Positions 27,968 to 38,152 of a stretch of DNA of 64,000 nt are shown here, in pieces; the first letter of the stretch is position 1; each line of letters opens with the position of its first letter. The notes under the pieces are model-generated. The model was given only the letters and a program-made list of their open reading frames with translations. It did no database searches and was not told the origin of the DNA. A program made the translations under genes and the position numbers. Location of the stretch: contig JAZQAZ010000034.1 of assembly GCA_045545475.1 (NCBI GenBank), positions 41,713 to 105,712 on the forward strand. The letters run 5' to 3'. The DNA is from Clostridia bacterium. Lineage in GTDB: Bacteria; Bacillota; Clostridia; CAKSNL01; HGM11501.

Positions 27968-28906
27968 ATGGATTTTTTAACAACAGTAAAAGGCAGTCTT
28001 CTTGAAGGCTTCTATCCCAAGGGATGGGATATGGCTAAAATTGACGCTTGCTGCGACAAGGGCGTTGCAAGAGAGGATTTCTGGCATAAGGATTTCAATC
28101 CTGTTGAGTGCCAGAACATCTATGAATTTGACACACTTATGGGTCACGAAATTGCTCTTCAGATTAAGAAGGCAAAGGAAGAGGGTATTAAGCTTGCTAT
28201 GATTCTTCCCGTAGGTCCCATGGGTATGTACAAGTGGGCATCCTACTTCATCAACGAATGGAACATCAAGTGCGACCACGTTTACACATTTAATATGGAC
28301 GAATGGGCTGACGGTGACGGAAATACTCTTGAAAACACCAACCCCGCTTCCTTCGAATACAGCATGAAGCAGGCATTTTTCGATAAGCTTGGAGAAAATA
28401 CAGTTCCTCCCGCTCAGAGAAATTTTGCTACAAAGGCAAACCTTCCCACATATCCCGAAAAGATTGCAGCGTTAAAGGCTGAAGGTGCACGTCTTGTTCT
28501 TGTATTCGGTATCGGAAGAATGTGCCACATCGCATTCTGGGAGCCTCACTTTGCTGACGACTTTAACTCTGTTGAAGAGTGGAAGAGCCAGTGCTACAGA
28601 ATCGGAGCTAAGCTTCATCCTCTTACAATAGAGCAGAACGCTATTACAAGCTTTAAGAGCCGTTCTACACTTGTTCCCTGCAGAGCTAACACAATCGGTC
28701 CCGGCCTCTTCTTACAGGCTGACTATATTATCGGCGGATGCGACGGTGCTCTCGGTAGAGGAATGGGCTGGCAGGGTATGAGCTTTTTAACAACTCTCCA
28801 CTACGGTCCCGAAATCAGCATTCCTTCAACATTTATGCCTACAATGCCCGGAAGACTCTTCTATCTTTCTGAGCTTGCAGGTCCGTTAGTTGCTGAATGT
28901 AACTAA
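27968..28906 (+). CDS. Divergent glucosamine-6-phosphate deaminase/isomerase-like protein (NagB superfamily)
   Basis: [26 protein letters not shown]. Confidence 0.8.
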   Translation: MDFLTTVKGSLLEGFYPKGWDMAKIDACCDKGVAREDFWHKDFNPVECQNIYEFDTLMGHEIALQIKKAKEEGIKLAMILPVGPMGMYKWASYFINEWNIKCDHVYTFNMDEWADGDGNTLENTNPASFEYSMKQAFFDKLGENTVPPAQRNFATKANLPTYPEKIAALKAEGARLVLVFGIGRMCHIAFWEPHFADDFNSVEEWKSQCYRIGAKLHPLTIEQNAITSFKSRSTLVPCRANTIGPGLFLQADYIIGGCDGALGRGMGWQGMSFLTTLHYGPEISIPSTFMPTMPGRLFYLSELAGPLVAECN

Positions 28907-28923
28907 GAAAATAACATAGGAAT

Positions 28924-28957
28924 AAAAAACTGTCATCCGTCAGGATGACAGTTTTTT
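28924..28957. terminator. Bidirectional terminator
   Basis: aaaaaactgtcatcc-gtca-ggatgacagtttttt. Confidence 0.85.
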
Positions 28958-28958
28958 A

Positions 28959-31301
28959 TTATATTTCTTCTACAGTTCCGCCAGATGGTACAGGAACTGG
29001 AACCTGAGGGGGTTCCGGGGAAGGGGTATCTTCAACTTCCGGAGCTGGGGTTATAGTTTCTGTGGTAGCAGTTTCGCTTGTGGAAGGAAGAGAGGGAGAG
29101 GAGGGTGAGGAGGGTGAGGAGGGAGTGATTGTCGATTCTCCTGTAGCCGTACCGTTTTCCGGTGAAGTTAAAGTTCCATCGGTACCCGGTAATGCTTCGA
29201 GTTCTTCTTCAGAAATGTGCTCTTCGGGAGTACATTTTTTTATACTGTAGGCCACATCCTCTTCCATATATACTCTGTATGTTGTTTCCAGTGCTGTGCA
29301 TACGCTTGTAGCACGGAGTCCGCTCACGGTACACAAAGTACAACGCTGAAGATTATCAAAGCTTAAAACATCCTCAAATCTGTGTGGTTTATCCTCATAG
29401 TCGATCTGGGACATAACCTTTTTCCACAAATTAATCGCAGGGTTTCCGGAAACACTAATGTTTGTAGGAGTGTCATAACCAACCCATGTGGCACCGATAA
29501 GTGAAGGTGTAAAGCCGACAAACCATTTGTCGTGGTTGTTTGTGGTGGTTCCTGTTTTACCTGCAAGGTCCACTCCGCTGAAGCGTGCGGAACTACCTGT
29601 ACCTCCTGTTACAACCCCTGAAAGAAGCTCTGTCATTATGGTTGCTGTGGAGGACCTAATGGCTCTGTGTCTTAAGGGGTGCTTAGAATAGAGTAAGTTT
29701 CCGTTATAGTCATATATTTCGGTATAGGTGTGTGCTTCGGTATAATAACCCTTGCTTATGAAAGGTGTATATGCGGCGGCCATTTCTATGGGAGATATAC
29801 CGTCGGTCAAACCTCCAAGAGACAAGGGGGCAAGGCTTTTGTCTGAAATGATTCCTTCATCGGTTTTGCGGCTTTCAACAAGAGTTGAAATTCCAAGGCC
29901 TTCTGTAAGAAATTCGTAGGATCGTTCGATTCCCATATCGTGAAGAACCTGAGCGGCAGGGACGTTGAGCGATCTTGAAATTGCAGTTTTGAGAGAGACG
30001 GGACCTGAATAGTAGCCGCCGGAGTTTCTTGGGGTCCAGGTCGTACCGTCATCCAGTGTGAAGGTGGTTTTAACATCGTTTAATACGCTTCCGCTGTGAA
30101 TGATGCCAAAATCTAAGGCAGGAGCATATACTGATATAGGCTTTATTGAGGAGCCCGGCTGACGTGGTGCCGTTGCACGGTTGTATGTTCTTGAACCGCC
30201 TTTATCGCCTATGCCTCCGACAACGCCTTTTACCTCGCCTGTAACGGCTTCGATAACAACCATTGAGGATTGCAGAAGCTCGCCGTCTGCGTTTCTTATG
30301 AAATTAGCTTCGTCTTCGTATACACTTTCAAGAATTGCCTGTATTTCGGGATCTATCGTACATTTAATCTGCAGACCGCCGGTGTACAGGAGATTTTGAG
30401 CCATTGCAGGGCTGTAATTATATCTTGTTTCAAGGTCTTCTAAAACTTCCTCGATAACCGTGTCAACAAAGTAGGAGTAATAAGATGTGTCAAACTCGGC
30501 CGCCCGCTCAAATATCAATTCGTAAGAAACGGCTTCGTCGTATTCCTCCTGAGTGATCATTTCAAGCTCAAGCATTTTGGAAAGAACGGTAAGCTGTTTT
30601 TCCTTGTTTGCCTCCGGGTTAAGATAAGGGTCGTAAAGAGAGGGATACTGTGTTATTCCCGCTATGGAGGCACATTCGGCCAGATTTAATTCACTGATAT
30701 CTTTATCAAAGTAGATTTTGGAAGCAGAGCCGACACCGTTGCAGTTCTGACTGAGATAGATTGTGTTAAGGTAAAGTTCCAGTATATCGTTTTTGGATAA
30801 ATCCTTTTCCAGTCTTATGGCACGATATATTTCCCTGAACTTACGGAGAATGGACCTGTCGTCTTCTTTTGTGAGGTTTTTTACAAGCTGCTGTGTGATA
30901 GTACTTCCGCCGTAAACGGAACGGTTTTTATCGAAAAGACGTAAAATGGTGTTTAGTCCTGCACCGGTAAGTCTTTTGATATCGAAGCCGGGGTGTGAAT
31001 AAAAACGTTCATCCTCAATTGCAACGAAGGCGTTTTTCATATCAAGGGGAATCTCGTCAAAATTTACCCAGCTTCGGTTTTCTCCGCTGTATAGGTTCTG
31101 CATTATCACCTGTTCACCGTTATCATCCTCGTAGTACAGGACAGAAGTCATCTTCATGTTAAGCAATGAAGCGTCAATTGGTTCTGTCGTTATGCATATT
31201 GCAACGCCTGCAAGGATGGCGGTGAGCATGGCCAAAAGTACAAATGCCAGGGTAAAGCGAAGAAGCTTTTTGGCAATTTTCTTTTTACGTTTTTTAGCCA
31301 T
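28959..31301 (-). CDS. Class A penicillin-binding protein (PBP1A)
   Basis: EDERFYSHPG, GGSTITQQLVKN transglycosylase; SSIK, SLN and KTG transpeptidase motifs; Ser/Pro/Thr tail. Confidence 0.95.
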   Translation of the reverse strand: MAKKRKKKIAKKLLRFTLAFVLLAMLTAILAGVAICITTEPIDASLLNMKMTSVLYYEDDNGEQVIMQNLYSGENRSWVNFDEIPLDMKNAFVAIEDERFYSHPGFDIKRLTGAGLNTILRLFDKNRSVYGGSTITQQLVKNLTKEDDRSILRKFREIYRAIRLEKDLSKNDILELYLNTIYLSQNCNGVGSASKIYFDKDISELNLAECASIAGITQYPSLYDPYLNPEANKEKQLTVLSKMLELEMITQEEYDEAVSYELIFERAAEFDTSYYSYFVDTVIEEVLEDLETRYNYSPAMAQNLLYTGGLQIKCTIDPEIQAILESVYEDEANFIRNADGELLQSSMVVIEAVTGEVKGVVGGIGDKGGSRTYNRATAPRQPGSSIKPISVYAPALDFGIIHSGSVLNDVKTTFTLDDGTTWTPRNSGGYYSGPVSLKTAISRSLNVPAAQVLHDMGIERSYEFLTEGLGISTLVESRKTDEGIISDKSLAPLSLGGLTDGISPIEMAAAYTPFISKGYYTEAHTYTEIYDYNGNLLYSKHPLRHRAIRSSTATIMTELLSGVVTGGTGSSARFSGVDLAGKTGTTTNNHDKWFVGFTPSLIGATWVGYDTPTNISVSGNPAINLWKKVMSQIDYEDKPHRFEDVLSFDNLQRCTLCTVSGLRATSVCTALETTYRVYMEEDVAYSIKKCTPEEHISEEELEALPGTDGTLTSPENGTATGESTITPSSPSSPSSPSLPSTSETATTETITPAPEVEDTPSPEPPQVPVPVPSGGTVEEI

Positions 31302-31446
31302 CTGTTATCCTTCCTTTCCAAGAGAAAATAGCTAATAATATACAGCCTACATTATATCAGCTATTTTTTAAAAAAGTATTACAATCGCATATTTTTTTGA
31401 TTACAGGTAAAAATGTTAAATGAATACTTGTGAAAGATGTGTTTTT

Positions 31447-31764
31447 ATGAAAAAAGTTTTATGTATGATTGCTGTGGCGGTAGCGGTATTTGCTTTTGCG
31501 TATTTTATTATCGGGAGCGAAAAGACAGTAAATGATGCATCAAGCGGGAAAATTGATTTGCCCGTGGCAAAAGAGAGTAGCTATATAATTTTAATTGAAG
31601 ATGATGACGTGGTTTTATACAGGACAGAAAAAGGCGAAAAAATACTCATCAAACGGGAACGGCATATGCCGGCGAGAGAAGGTGACAGAGCATTGCTTCT
31701 TAAAGGGGTAAGGGTTGAAAGCTTAGAAGAGGCTCTTATGATTTTCGAGGATTTCATAAGCTAA
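31447..31764 (+). CDS. Small exported protein with BofC C-terminal-like segment
   Basis: N-terminal hydrophobic segment; C-terminus D..LL.KGVRVES.EE....EDF.S. Confidence 0.55.
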   Translation: MKKVLCMIAVAVAVFAFAYFIIGSEKTVNDASSGKIDLPVAKESSYIILIEDDDVVLYRTEKGEKILIKRERHMPAREGDRALLLKGVRVESLEEALMIFEDFIS

Positions 31765-31767
31765 TAA

Positions 31768-31798
31768 AAAAACTCCGATGCATTTGCATCGGAGTTTT
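31768..31798. terminator. Bidirectional terminator
   Basis: aaaactccgatgca-tt-tgcatcggagtttt. Confidence 0.8.
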
Positions 31799-31805
31799 AA
31801 GTTTG

Positions 31806-32927
31806 TTAGTTAAGAATTGCAAGCTCTGTATCTTTGTCGAAGATGTGAAGTCTGTTTGTATCAAATACAACGTCAATCTTTTCGCCTGCTTTAGCCTTTG
31901 TTCTGGGGTTAACTCTTGCAACAGCGTGTGTGCCGTCGATATCAAGGTGAAGAAGAGTATCTGCACCAAGAGATTCTGTTAAATCAACGTCAACAGTAAT
32001 CATGCTGTCGGGCATTGTTGCGATGTAATTTTCTTCATCATGTACGTTTTCAGGACGGATACCGATGATAACTTCTTTTCCGATATACTCGGGATGTGTT
32101 TCCATTAGCTGCTTAGCCTTTCCTTCAACAAGGAAAATCTTGTGGCTTTCGCCGAAGGAAATAGCAACTCTTTCGCCTTCCTTATCAAGCTTTGCATTGA
32201 TGAAGTTCATTTCGGGGCTTCCGATGAAGCCTGCAACGAAAAGGTTAACGGGATGATCGTAAAGTTCCTGAGGAGAGTCAACCTGCTGAATGTAACCGTC
32301 CTTCATAACAACGATCCTTGTACCCATTGTAAGAGCTTCTGTCTGGTCGTGTGTAACGTAGATGAATGTTGTCTGAAGTCTCTGATGAAGCTTGGAAATC
32401 TCAGCTCTCATCTGTACACGAAGCTTAGCGTCAAGGTTTGATAAAGGTTCGTCCATCAAGAATACCTTGGGCTCACGAACGATAGCACGGCCGAGAGCAA
32501 CACGCTGTCTCTGACCACCGGATAAAGCCTTGGGCTTTCTGTCAAGAAGGTGCTCGATGCCAAGAATCTTAGCTGCGTCAGAAACACGTCTCTTGATTTC
32601 ATCCTTGGGAGTCTTTCTGAGCTTAAGACCGAATGCCATGTTATCAAATACTGTCATGTGGGGATAAAGAGCATAGTTCTGGAAAACCATTGCGATGTCT
32701 CTGTCCTTGGGAGCAACGTCGTTCATAAGCTTGCCGTCGATATAAAGCTGGCCGGAAGAAATGTCTTCAAGACCTGCGATCATACGGAGAGTTGTGGACT
32801 TACCGCATCCGGAAGGACCAACGAGGATGATGAACTCCTTATCTTCGATTTCAAGACAAATGTCGTTTGCAGCGATAACGCCGCCGGAATATTTCTTATA
32901 GATGTTTTTTAAACTTAAACCTGCCAT
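31806..32927 (-). CDS. msmX: Multiple-sugar ABC transporter ATP-binding protein (MsmX/UgpC/MalK family)
   Basis: [31 protein letters not shown]-terminal TOBE. Confidence 0.93.
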   Translation of the reverse strand: MAGLSLKNIYKKYSGGVIAANDICLEIEDKEFIILVGPSGCGKSTTLRMIAGLEDISSGQLYIDGKLMNDVAPKDRDIAMVFQNYALYPHMTVFDNMAFGLKLRKTPKDEIKRRVSDAAKILGIEHLLDRKPKALSGGQRQRVALGRAIVREPKVFLMDEPLSNLDAKLRVQMRAEISKLHQRLQTTFIYVTHDQTEALTMGTRIVVMKDGYIQQVDSPQELYDHPVNLFVAGFIGSPEMNFINAKLDKEGERVAISFGESHKIFLVEGKAKQLMETHPEYIGKEVIIGIRPENVHDEENYIATMPDSMITVDVDLTESLGADTLLHLDIDGTHAVARVNPRTKAKAGEKIDVVFDTNRLHIFDKDTELAILN

Positions 32928-33070
32928 ATCTGATTATTTCCTCCTAAATATTGTTAAAATGATAGATTTATTAACGATACATAAATAGGATACCACAATT
33001 TTGTAAAAAAAGAAAGTGTGTTTATTAACAAAAAAAGAAAAGTATCTTTGGCACAATTGCATAAATATAT

Positions 33071-33757
33071 CTAAAAAATACTTTCGTCCGGCTTTAAGGG
33101 GCGATATTCACCTTCTTTGAGGCTTTTGTCCAGCATAAGCTTGCCGAATTTTATCCTTTTTAAATATACAACTTTATTGCCTCTTGCCTCAAACATAAGC
33201 TTGACCTGATGGAACTTTCCTTCGGTTATTGTAAGATGAGCACTTTTTTCGGAAAGGATTGAAAGTTTTGCGGGAAGAGTCTTTGTGCCGCCCGCTATAA
33301 AAACGCCTTCTTCGAAAGCAAGCTTGTCATCTTCGGTTATTAAAGTTTCTGTTTCCACATAGTAAGTTTTTTCCACATGTGATTTCGGGGAGAGTGCTTT
33401 ATGTGCCATTTCTCCGTCATTGGAAATGATTAAAAGACCTACGGTGTCTATATCAAGTCTTCCTACGGGGAATAAATCATAGTGGTCATATTTTTTGTCG
33501 ATAAGCGACAATACGGTTTTCTTGCTTTTGTCTTCTGTGGCGGATATTACGCCTGCGGGTTTATTCATCATAAGATAAATGAAGGGGGAATAGGTAACGG
33601 CCTGTCCCGAAAAAGTGACGGAATCTTTTTCGTCAACGTGAAATCCGGGATCTTTTATTATAACAGAATTTACTGTGACATTGCCTTTCTTTATGGCGTT
33701 TTTTATTTCGCTTCGACTGCCTAAGGCACAGTCGGCAAGGAATTTATCAAGTCGCAT
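33071..33757 (-). CDS. RsuA-family pseudouridine synthase
   Basis: MRLDKFL S4 domain; GRLDIDT; EGKFHQVK. Confidence 0.92.
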   Translation of the reverse strand: MRLDKFLADCALGSRSEIKNAIKKGNVTVNSVIIKDPGFHVDEKDSVTFSGQAVTYSPFIYLMMNKPAGVISATEDKSKKTVLSLIDKKYDHYDLFPVGRLDIDTVGLLIISNDGEMAHKALSPKSHVEKTYYVETETLITEDDKLAFEEGVFIAGGTKTLPAKLSILSEKSAHLTITEGKFHQVKLMFEARGNKVVYLKRIKFGKLMLDKSLKEGEYRPLKPDESIF

Positions 33758-33760
33758 AAT

Positions 33761-34171
33761 TTACTCCTTTTTGCTAAGAGGAATCATATCTCCCGACAGG
33801 GAAGGATTGAGTATATCTCCGCCGCAGATTTCACCTTCTGAAATTAGAATATTTGCCAGAGTATATTCACTGTTTGTCAGCCTGAAGGAATAACGCATAA
33901 TTGTTTTTCCTCTGAAAGGCGTAAGGTCAAATCCTGCTTCTTTTTGGAGATTGTTGTAGGATTCGTACACTTTTCCAAATCCCTCCGGAATGCTTATTTC
34001 TGAAATTTCATAAGGCTTTTTTTCAAATGAATACCCTTGCTCTTTCAGAAATTTTCTACAAAGAGATACGTTTTTATCGCAGGGCAAGACGGACAGAAAA
34101 AGGGCTGTAATAATTATGGCAATCAAAAGAACGGAGAGTATAATCTGACTTTTCTTAACAACAAAAAACAT
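33761..34171 (-). CDS. DUF4830-like protein
   Basis: IP..F..VYESYNNLQK.AGFDL..GK...RY and ICGGDI. Confidence 0.75.
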   Translation of the reverse strand: MFFVVKKSQIILSVLLIAIIITALFLSVLPCDKNVSLCRKFLKEQGYSFEKKPYEISEISIPEGFGKVYESYNNLQKEAGFDLTPFRGKTIMRYSFRLTNSEYTLANILISEGEICGGDILNPSLSGDMIPLSKKE

Positions 34172-34222
34172 ATAAGCACCCCTTATTATGAGTTATTATA
34201 TGTTTATGTAAAAAATAAGCTT

Positions 34223-34480
34223 TTATTCTAAATTGTTTTTTGCATCAAGCAATGCTTTTGCCAACTGGTCAGGGCAGCTTGTCTGTTTAAAACCGCATTT
34301 TATGCCTGCTAAGGATGCGATAATCTCATCTGCGGATTTGCCTTCGCAAAGAGCGGCTATACCCTGAAGGTTTCCGTGGCATCCGCCTTCAAAGGAAACG
34401 GCTGAAACAGTTCCGTTTTCTGATATGTCAAAGCTTACGCTTCTTGAGCAGGTCCCCTGGTTTTTTCTTGTGTATTTCAT
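34223..34480 (-). CDS. TIGR03905/TSCPD domain protein
   Basis: GTCS, F.GGC.GNLQGI, GIKCG.K.TSCPDQLA. Confidence 0.9.
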   Translation of the reverse strand: MKYTRKNQGTCSRSVSFDISENGTVSAVSFEGGCHGNLQGIAALCEGKSADEIIASLAGIKCGFKQTSCPDQLAKALLDAKNNLE

Positions 34481-34493
34481 AAAATCTTCCTTT

Positions 34494-35006
34494 CTATAAT
34501 AGCTCTCTTGGTATGTGATCGGGGTCTTCTTTAAGCATTCCTGCTTCTTTTAAATCCGAAAACCCGGTCTGACGAAGCGCCTCGTATATCATTATAGCAA
34601 CGGAATTTGAGAGATTTAAGCTTCTTGCCTCATCAATCATGGGAATACGGACCGAGGAGTCGGGGTTGTCCCATATAAGAGTTTCCGGAAGCCCCCGTGT
34701 TTCCTTTCCGAAAACAAGAAAATCTCCATCCTCATAGGATATATCGGAATAAACCTTTTTTGCCTTTGTTGTGGCGAAAAACAATCTTTTCCCTTTGGCA
34801 TATTCCAAAAATGCTTCAAGATTGTCATGATATGTAATATTTAAAAGATGCCAGTAGTCAAGACCTGCACGCTTTAACTTTTTGTCGTCGATTTCAAAGC
34901 CAAGGGGACGAACCAGATGAAGTGCGGCACCGGTTGCCGCACAGGTTCTTGCAATGTTTCCTGTGTTCTGGGGGATTTCAGGCTCGATTAAAACTATGTT
35001 GAACAT
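34494..35006 (-). CDS. trmL: tRNA (cytidine/uridine34-2'-O)-methyltransferase
   Basis: PEIPQNTGNIARTC, RAGLDYW, FGKETRGLP, RSLNLSN. Confidence 0.95.
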   Translation of the reverse strand: MFNIVLIEPEIPQNTGNIARTCAATGAALHLVRPLGFEIDDKKLKRAGLDYWHLLNITYHDNLEAFLEYAKGKRLFFATTKAKKVYSDISYEDGDFLVFGKETRGLPETLIWDNPDSSVRIPMIDEARSLNLSNSVAIMIYEALRQTGFSDLKEAGMLKEDPDHIPRELL

Positions 35007-35022
35007 ATAAAAATCCTTTCTT

Positions 35023-35646
35023 TTATGTTGTTCCCGATGCATAGAGGGAAGGTATTTCTCCTGCTATTACTGTTTCGGAAAGCGGAAGAAGCATTTCTGC
35101 CTCCGTAACCTTATTTGAAAATGGTGCCATAAGCCGAAGAGATACTTTTGCATTTATGTATACGGAATGCTTTGTCTGATTAATGCCTGCCGATGAAAAT
35201 TCCGAACTGACGGTTGCGTCTATGCTTCCCAATTGGACAATCCTCAGCGGAATCTTCATCCCTCTGCCTGAAAGGAGAGGGATTCCGGTCAGGTTACCCA
35301 AAGGGATGTTAAAAACCGAATAATCATCCTTTGCCAGCGTGCTGTTGGCTTTACTTGCAAAGGATGATGTTATTTTGTTAACCTTGGCAGAATTTAAAGA
35401 GATGCCGCATATTTTGCCGTTTTCTCTCAAAATTACCGAAAGGTCAGAAAAGTCTTCGCTTTCAGAAACAGAGTTTAAAGCTTCGTACAGTGCCGCACGG
35501 GCAATGTTGGAAGCACCGGATTCTGCAAGAACGCTGAAAGCTGAGGACATAAAAACCGCAGAAAGTGTAATAAAAATAAAAACGGTAATAAGAGAAAGCG
35601 TTATAAAAGGAAGAAACCGTCTTTTCTTTAAATTAAGCCTTTTCAT
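35023..35646 (-). CDS. yunB: Sporulation protein YunB
   Basis: IPLGNLTG..LLSGRG, F.SAGINQTKH, ETVIAGEIP. Confidence 0.88.
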   Translation of the reverse strand: MKRLNLKKRRFLPFITLSLITVFIFITLSAVFMSSAFSVLAESGASNIARAALYEALNSVSESEDFSDLSVILRENGKICGISLNSAKVNKITSSFASKANSTLAKDDYSVFNIPLGNLTGIPLLSGRGMKIPLRIVQLGSIDATVSSEFSSAGINQTKHSVYINAKVSLRLMAPFSNKVTEAEMLLPLSETVIAGEIPSLYASGTT

Positions 35647-35797
35647 TATATCACCCCTGAAACAGTTTATGCAGTTTCATAAAAGGGGTTACTGAGTATT
35701 ATACACTATTTTGGCAGATTATGCAAGAGAAGAAATCTTGACTATTTTTGATAACTGGTATATAATAACAGAGAATGAACTTATAAAGGAAGATTTT

Positions 35798-36550
35798 ATG
35801 AAGGAAGTAACCGTAAAGAACATTAAAATATGTTATAATGATGAAGGCGAGGGAAAATGCATTCTTTTGCTTCACGGCTGGGGAGCAAACAAGGAAAGTC
35901 TTTCGCCGATATTCAATTCGCTTAAAAATTCCTTCAGGGTAATCGCTCCTGATCTTCCCGGTTTTGGTGCATCGGGAGAACCTTCTGATGCATGGAATGC
36001 GAAAGATTATGCCGATTTTCTTTTGGAATTCATAAAGGTTCTTGATATTAAACCCTTTGCTGCACTGGGGCATTCCAACGGCGGAAGAATACTTATTAAA
36101 GTATCGGAAACTTTTTCTCCTGAAAAGCTTATTCTTATGGACAGTGCAGGGATAAAGAAAAAGCATGGCCCCATATATTATGCTAAAGTATATTCGTATA
36201 AGCTTGGCAAAAAGATATTAAAACTTCCTTTATTAAATAAAACGGGACTTTACGAAAAATTAATTAAAAATGCAGGAAGCGACGATTATAAAAATTCTTC
36301 GCCTGTAATGCGGGCAACTATGAGTAATTTGCTTTCAGAAGATCTTACGGGAATGCTTCCGGGAATAAAATCGGAAACGCTTCTTATCTGGGGTACGCTT
36401 GATACGGCAACGCCAATAGCGGACGGTCGCAAAATGGAAAAGCTCATAAAAGGGTCGGGGCTCGTTGAGGTTGCCGGCGGAGGACATTTTTCCTATCTTG
36501 ACAATCCCGGAAAGGTTATGGGAGCTATAAACTATTTTCTCACACATTAA
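35798..36550 (+). CDS. Alpha/beta hydrolase
   Basis: LLHGWG, DLPGFG, GHSNGG nucleophile, D-TAT, GH. Confidence 0.9.
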   Translation: MKEVTVKNIKICYNDEGEGKCILLLHGWGANKESLSPIFNSLKNSFRVIAPDLPGFGASGEPSDAWNAKDYADFLLEFIKVLDIKPFAALGHSNGGRILIKVSETFSPEKLILMDSAGIKKKHGPIYYAKVYSYKLGKKILKLPLLNKTGLYEKLIKNAGSDDYKNSSPVMRATMSNLLSEDLTGMLPGIKSETLLIWGTLDTATPIADGRKMEKLIKGSGLVEVAGGGHFSYLDNPGKVMGAINYFLTH

Positions 36551-36563
36551 TATATAGGAAGGA

Positions 36564-38108
36564 ATGAACCTTTTGAACTATTTGTTTTTGGTGGCAGCCT
36601 TTGCGTTTTTGCTGTTTTTTGCATTCAGCGGAACGTATTACATACATATGCTTCAGTTAAACTCATATAAAATAGAAAGATACGGTAAGTGGCTTTGCGA
36701 AAACAAGGGAAAGATTTTTGCTTTAAGGGCAATCTGGCCTGCTTTATCACTTGCACTTTTCGCTTTAGGAGATACGGCGGTATACGTGGCGTTTTCCGTG
36801 CTTATGATTCTGGCTGTTCCGTTTAAGAAAAAGAAGGCTAAAAAGCCTCTTGTTTATACGGCCAGAGTTAAAAGACTTATTATTGTATATATGATTCTTG
36901 GAACAGCAATTGCTGCGGGGGCTTTTTTTGTAAAAGATGGCATATGGAAAGCGGCAGTACTTGTTGTGGGGGCATTTTTAATTCCGCATATAATTTCTCT
37001 TGCTCTTATCGTTGCGGAGCCCATGGAAAAGGGAATTTCTCAATATTATTATAACGATGCAAAGAAGATCCTTGCTTCGGCAAAGGATCTTATCGTAATA
37101 GGCGTAACAGGCTCTTACGGTAAGACAAGTATGAAGTACATAATAACAAGCCTGCTTTCCGAGAAATATAATGTGCTTATGACTCCCGGAAGCTTTAACA
37201 CCACCATGGGAGTGGTGAGAACCGTAAGAGAGCAGCTTAAGCCTACCCATCAGGTATTTGTGGTTGAGATGGGAGCGAAAAACAAAGGGGATATCAAGGA
37301 GATTTGCGATCTTGTAAAGCCGGGATACGGAGTTATTTCGTCAATAGGCCCTCAGCACCTTGAAACCTTTAAGTCAATTGAAAATATAATTTCAACGAAG
37401 TTTGAACTTGCAGAGGCGGTACGCGAAAACGGAGGAACGGTATTCCTTAATTACAGCAACGACTATATAAAAAATTACGGATTTTCCGGAAAGTTTGTTT
37501 CTTTTGGTAACAGTGAAGAGTGTACTTACAGAGCTATGGATATGAAGTGTTCATCTTCAGGTGCAAGCTTTACGATAAAGGGCGAAGAACTTAAGACTAC
37601 ACTTCTCGGAGACTTCAGTGCGGTTAATATTGCCGGAGGTATGGCTGTGGCAGAGCATCTTGGCGTTAAGCTTGATGATATAAAGGTGGCGGTTCGACGT
37701 TTGAAAGCCCCGGAACACAGACTTGAACTTAAGAAAAATCCGAGATATACGATAATTGATGATGCGTATAATTCAAATCCGGGAGGAAGCACGGCTGCAC
37801 TTAAAACGCTGGCGTTGTTTGAAGAACGCAAGATTCTTGTCACCCCCGGAATGGTGGAGCTTGGAGAAGCTGAATATGAGCTTAATAAGGAAATGGGCCG
37901 AAAGGCGGCTCATTCGGCGGATTACATAGTGCTTGTGGGTGAAAAACAGGCAAAGCCTCTGGCAGAAGGAATAAGGGAAGAGGGATTTTCTGAGGATAGG
38001 CTTTACATTGCGAAGGATATAAATGATGCTCTTTCGTATGTGTATGGGATTACGGATGTGCCTTCGGTGGTTCTTCTTGAAAACGACCTGCCGGACAATT
38101 TCCTTTGA
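36564..38108 (+). CDS. murF: UDP-N-acetylmuramoyl-tripeptide--D-Ala-D-Ala ligase with N-terminal membrane domain
   Basis: GVTGSYGKTS, EMGA, DDAYNSNP; hydrophobic N-terminus. Confidence 0.88.
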   Translation: MNLLNYLFLVAAFAFLLFFAFSGTYYIHMLQLNSYKIERYGKWLCENKGKIFALRAIWPALSLALFALGDTAVYVAFSVLMILAVPFKKKKAKKPLVYTARVKRLIIVYMILGTAIAAGAFFVKDGIWKAAVLVVGAFLIPHIISLALIVAEPMEKGISQYYYNDAKKILASAKDLIVIGVTGSYGKTSMKYIITSLLSEKYNVLMTPGSFNTTMGVVRTVREQLKPTHQVFVVEMGAKNKGDIKEICDLVKPGYGVISSIGPQHLETFKSIENIISTKFELAEAVRENGGTVFLNYSNDYIKNYGFSGKFVSFGNSEECTYRAMDMKCSSSGASFTIKGEELKTTLLGDFSAVNIAGGMAVAEHLGVKLDDIKVAVRRLKAPEHRLELKKNPRYTIIDDAYNSNPGGSTAALKTLALFEERKILVTPGMVELGEAEYELNKEMGRKAAHSADYIVLVGEKQAKPLAEGIREEGFSEDRLYIAKDINDALSYVYGITDVPSVVLLENDLPDNFL

Positions 38109-38152
38109 TTAATATATTCCTTATTATATAGGAAAGAAAGGTATTGATATAA

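Noticed and set aside
29085-29125. gagggtgag-type tandem repeats
   Set aside because: Encode the Ser/Pro linker of the PBP1A tail; ordinary low-complexity coding sequence
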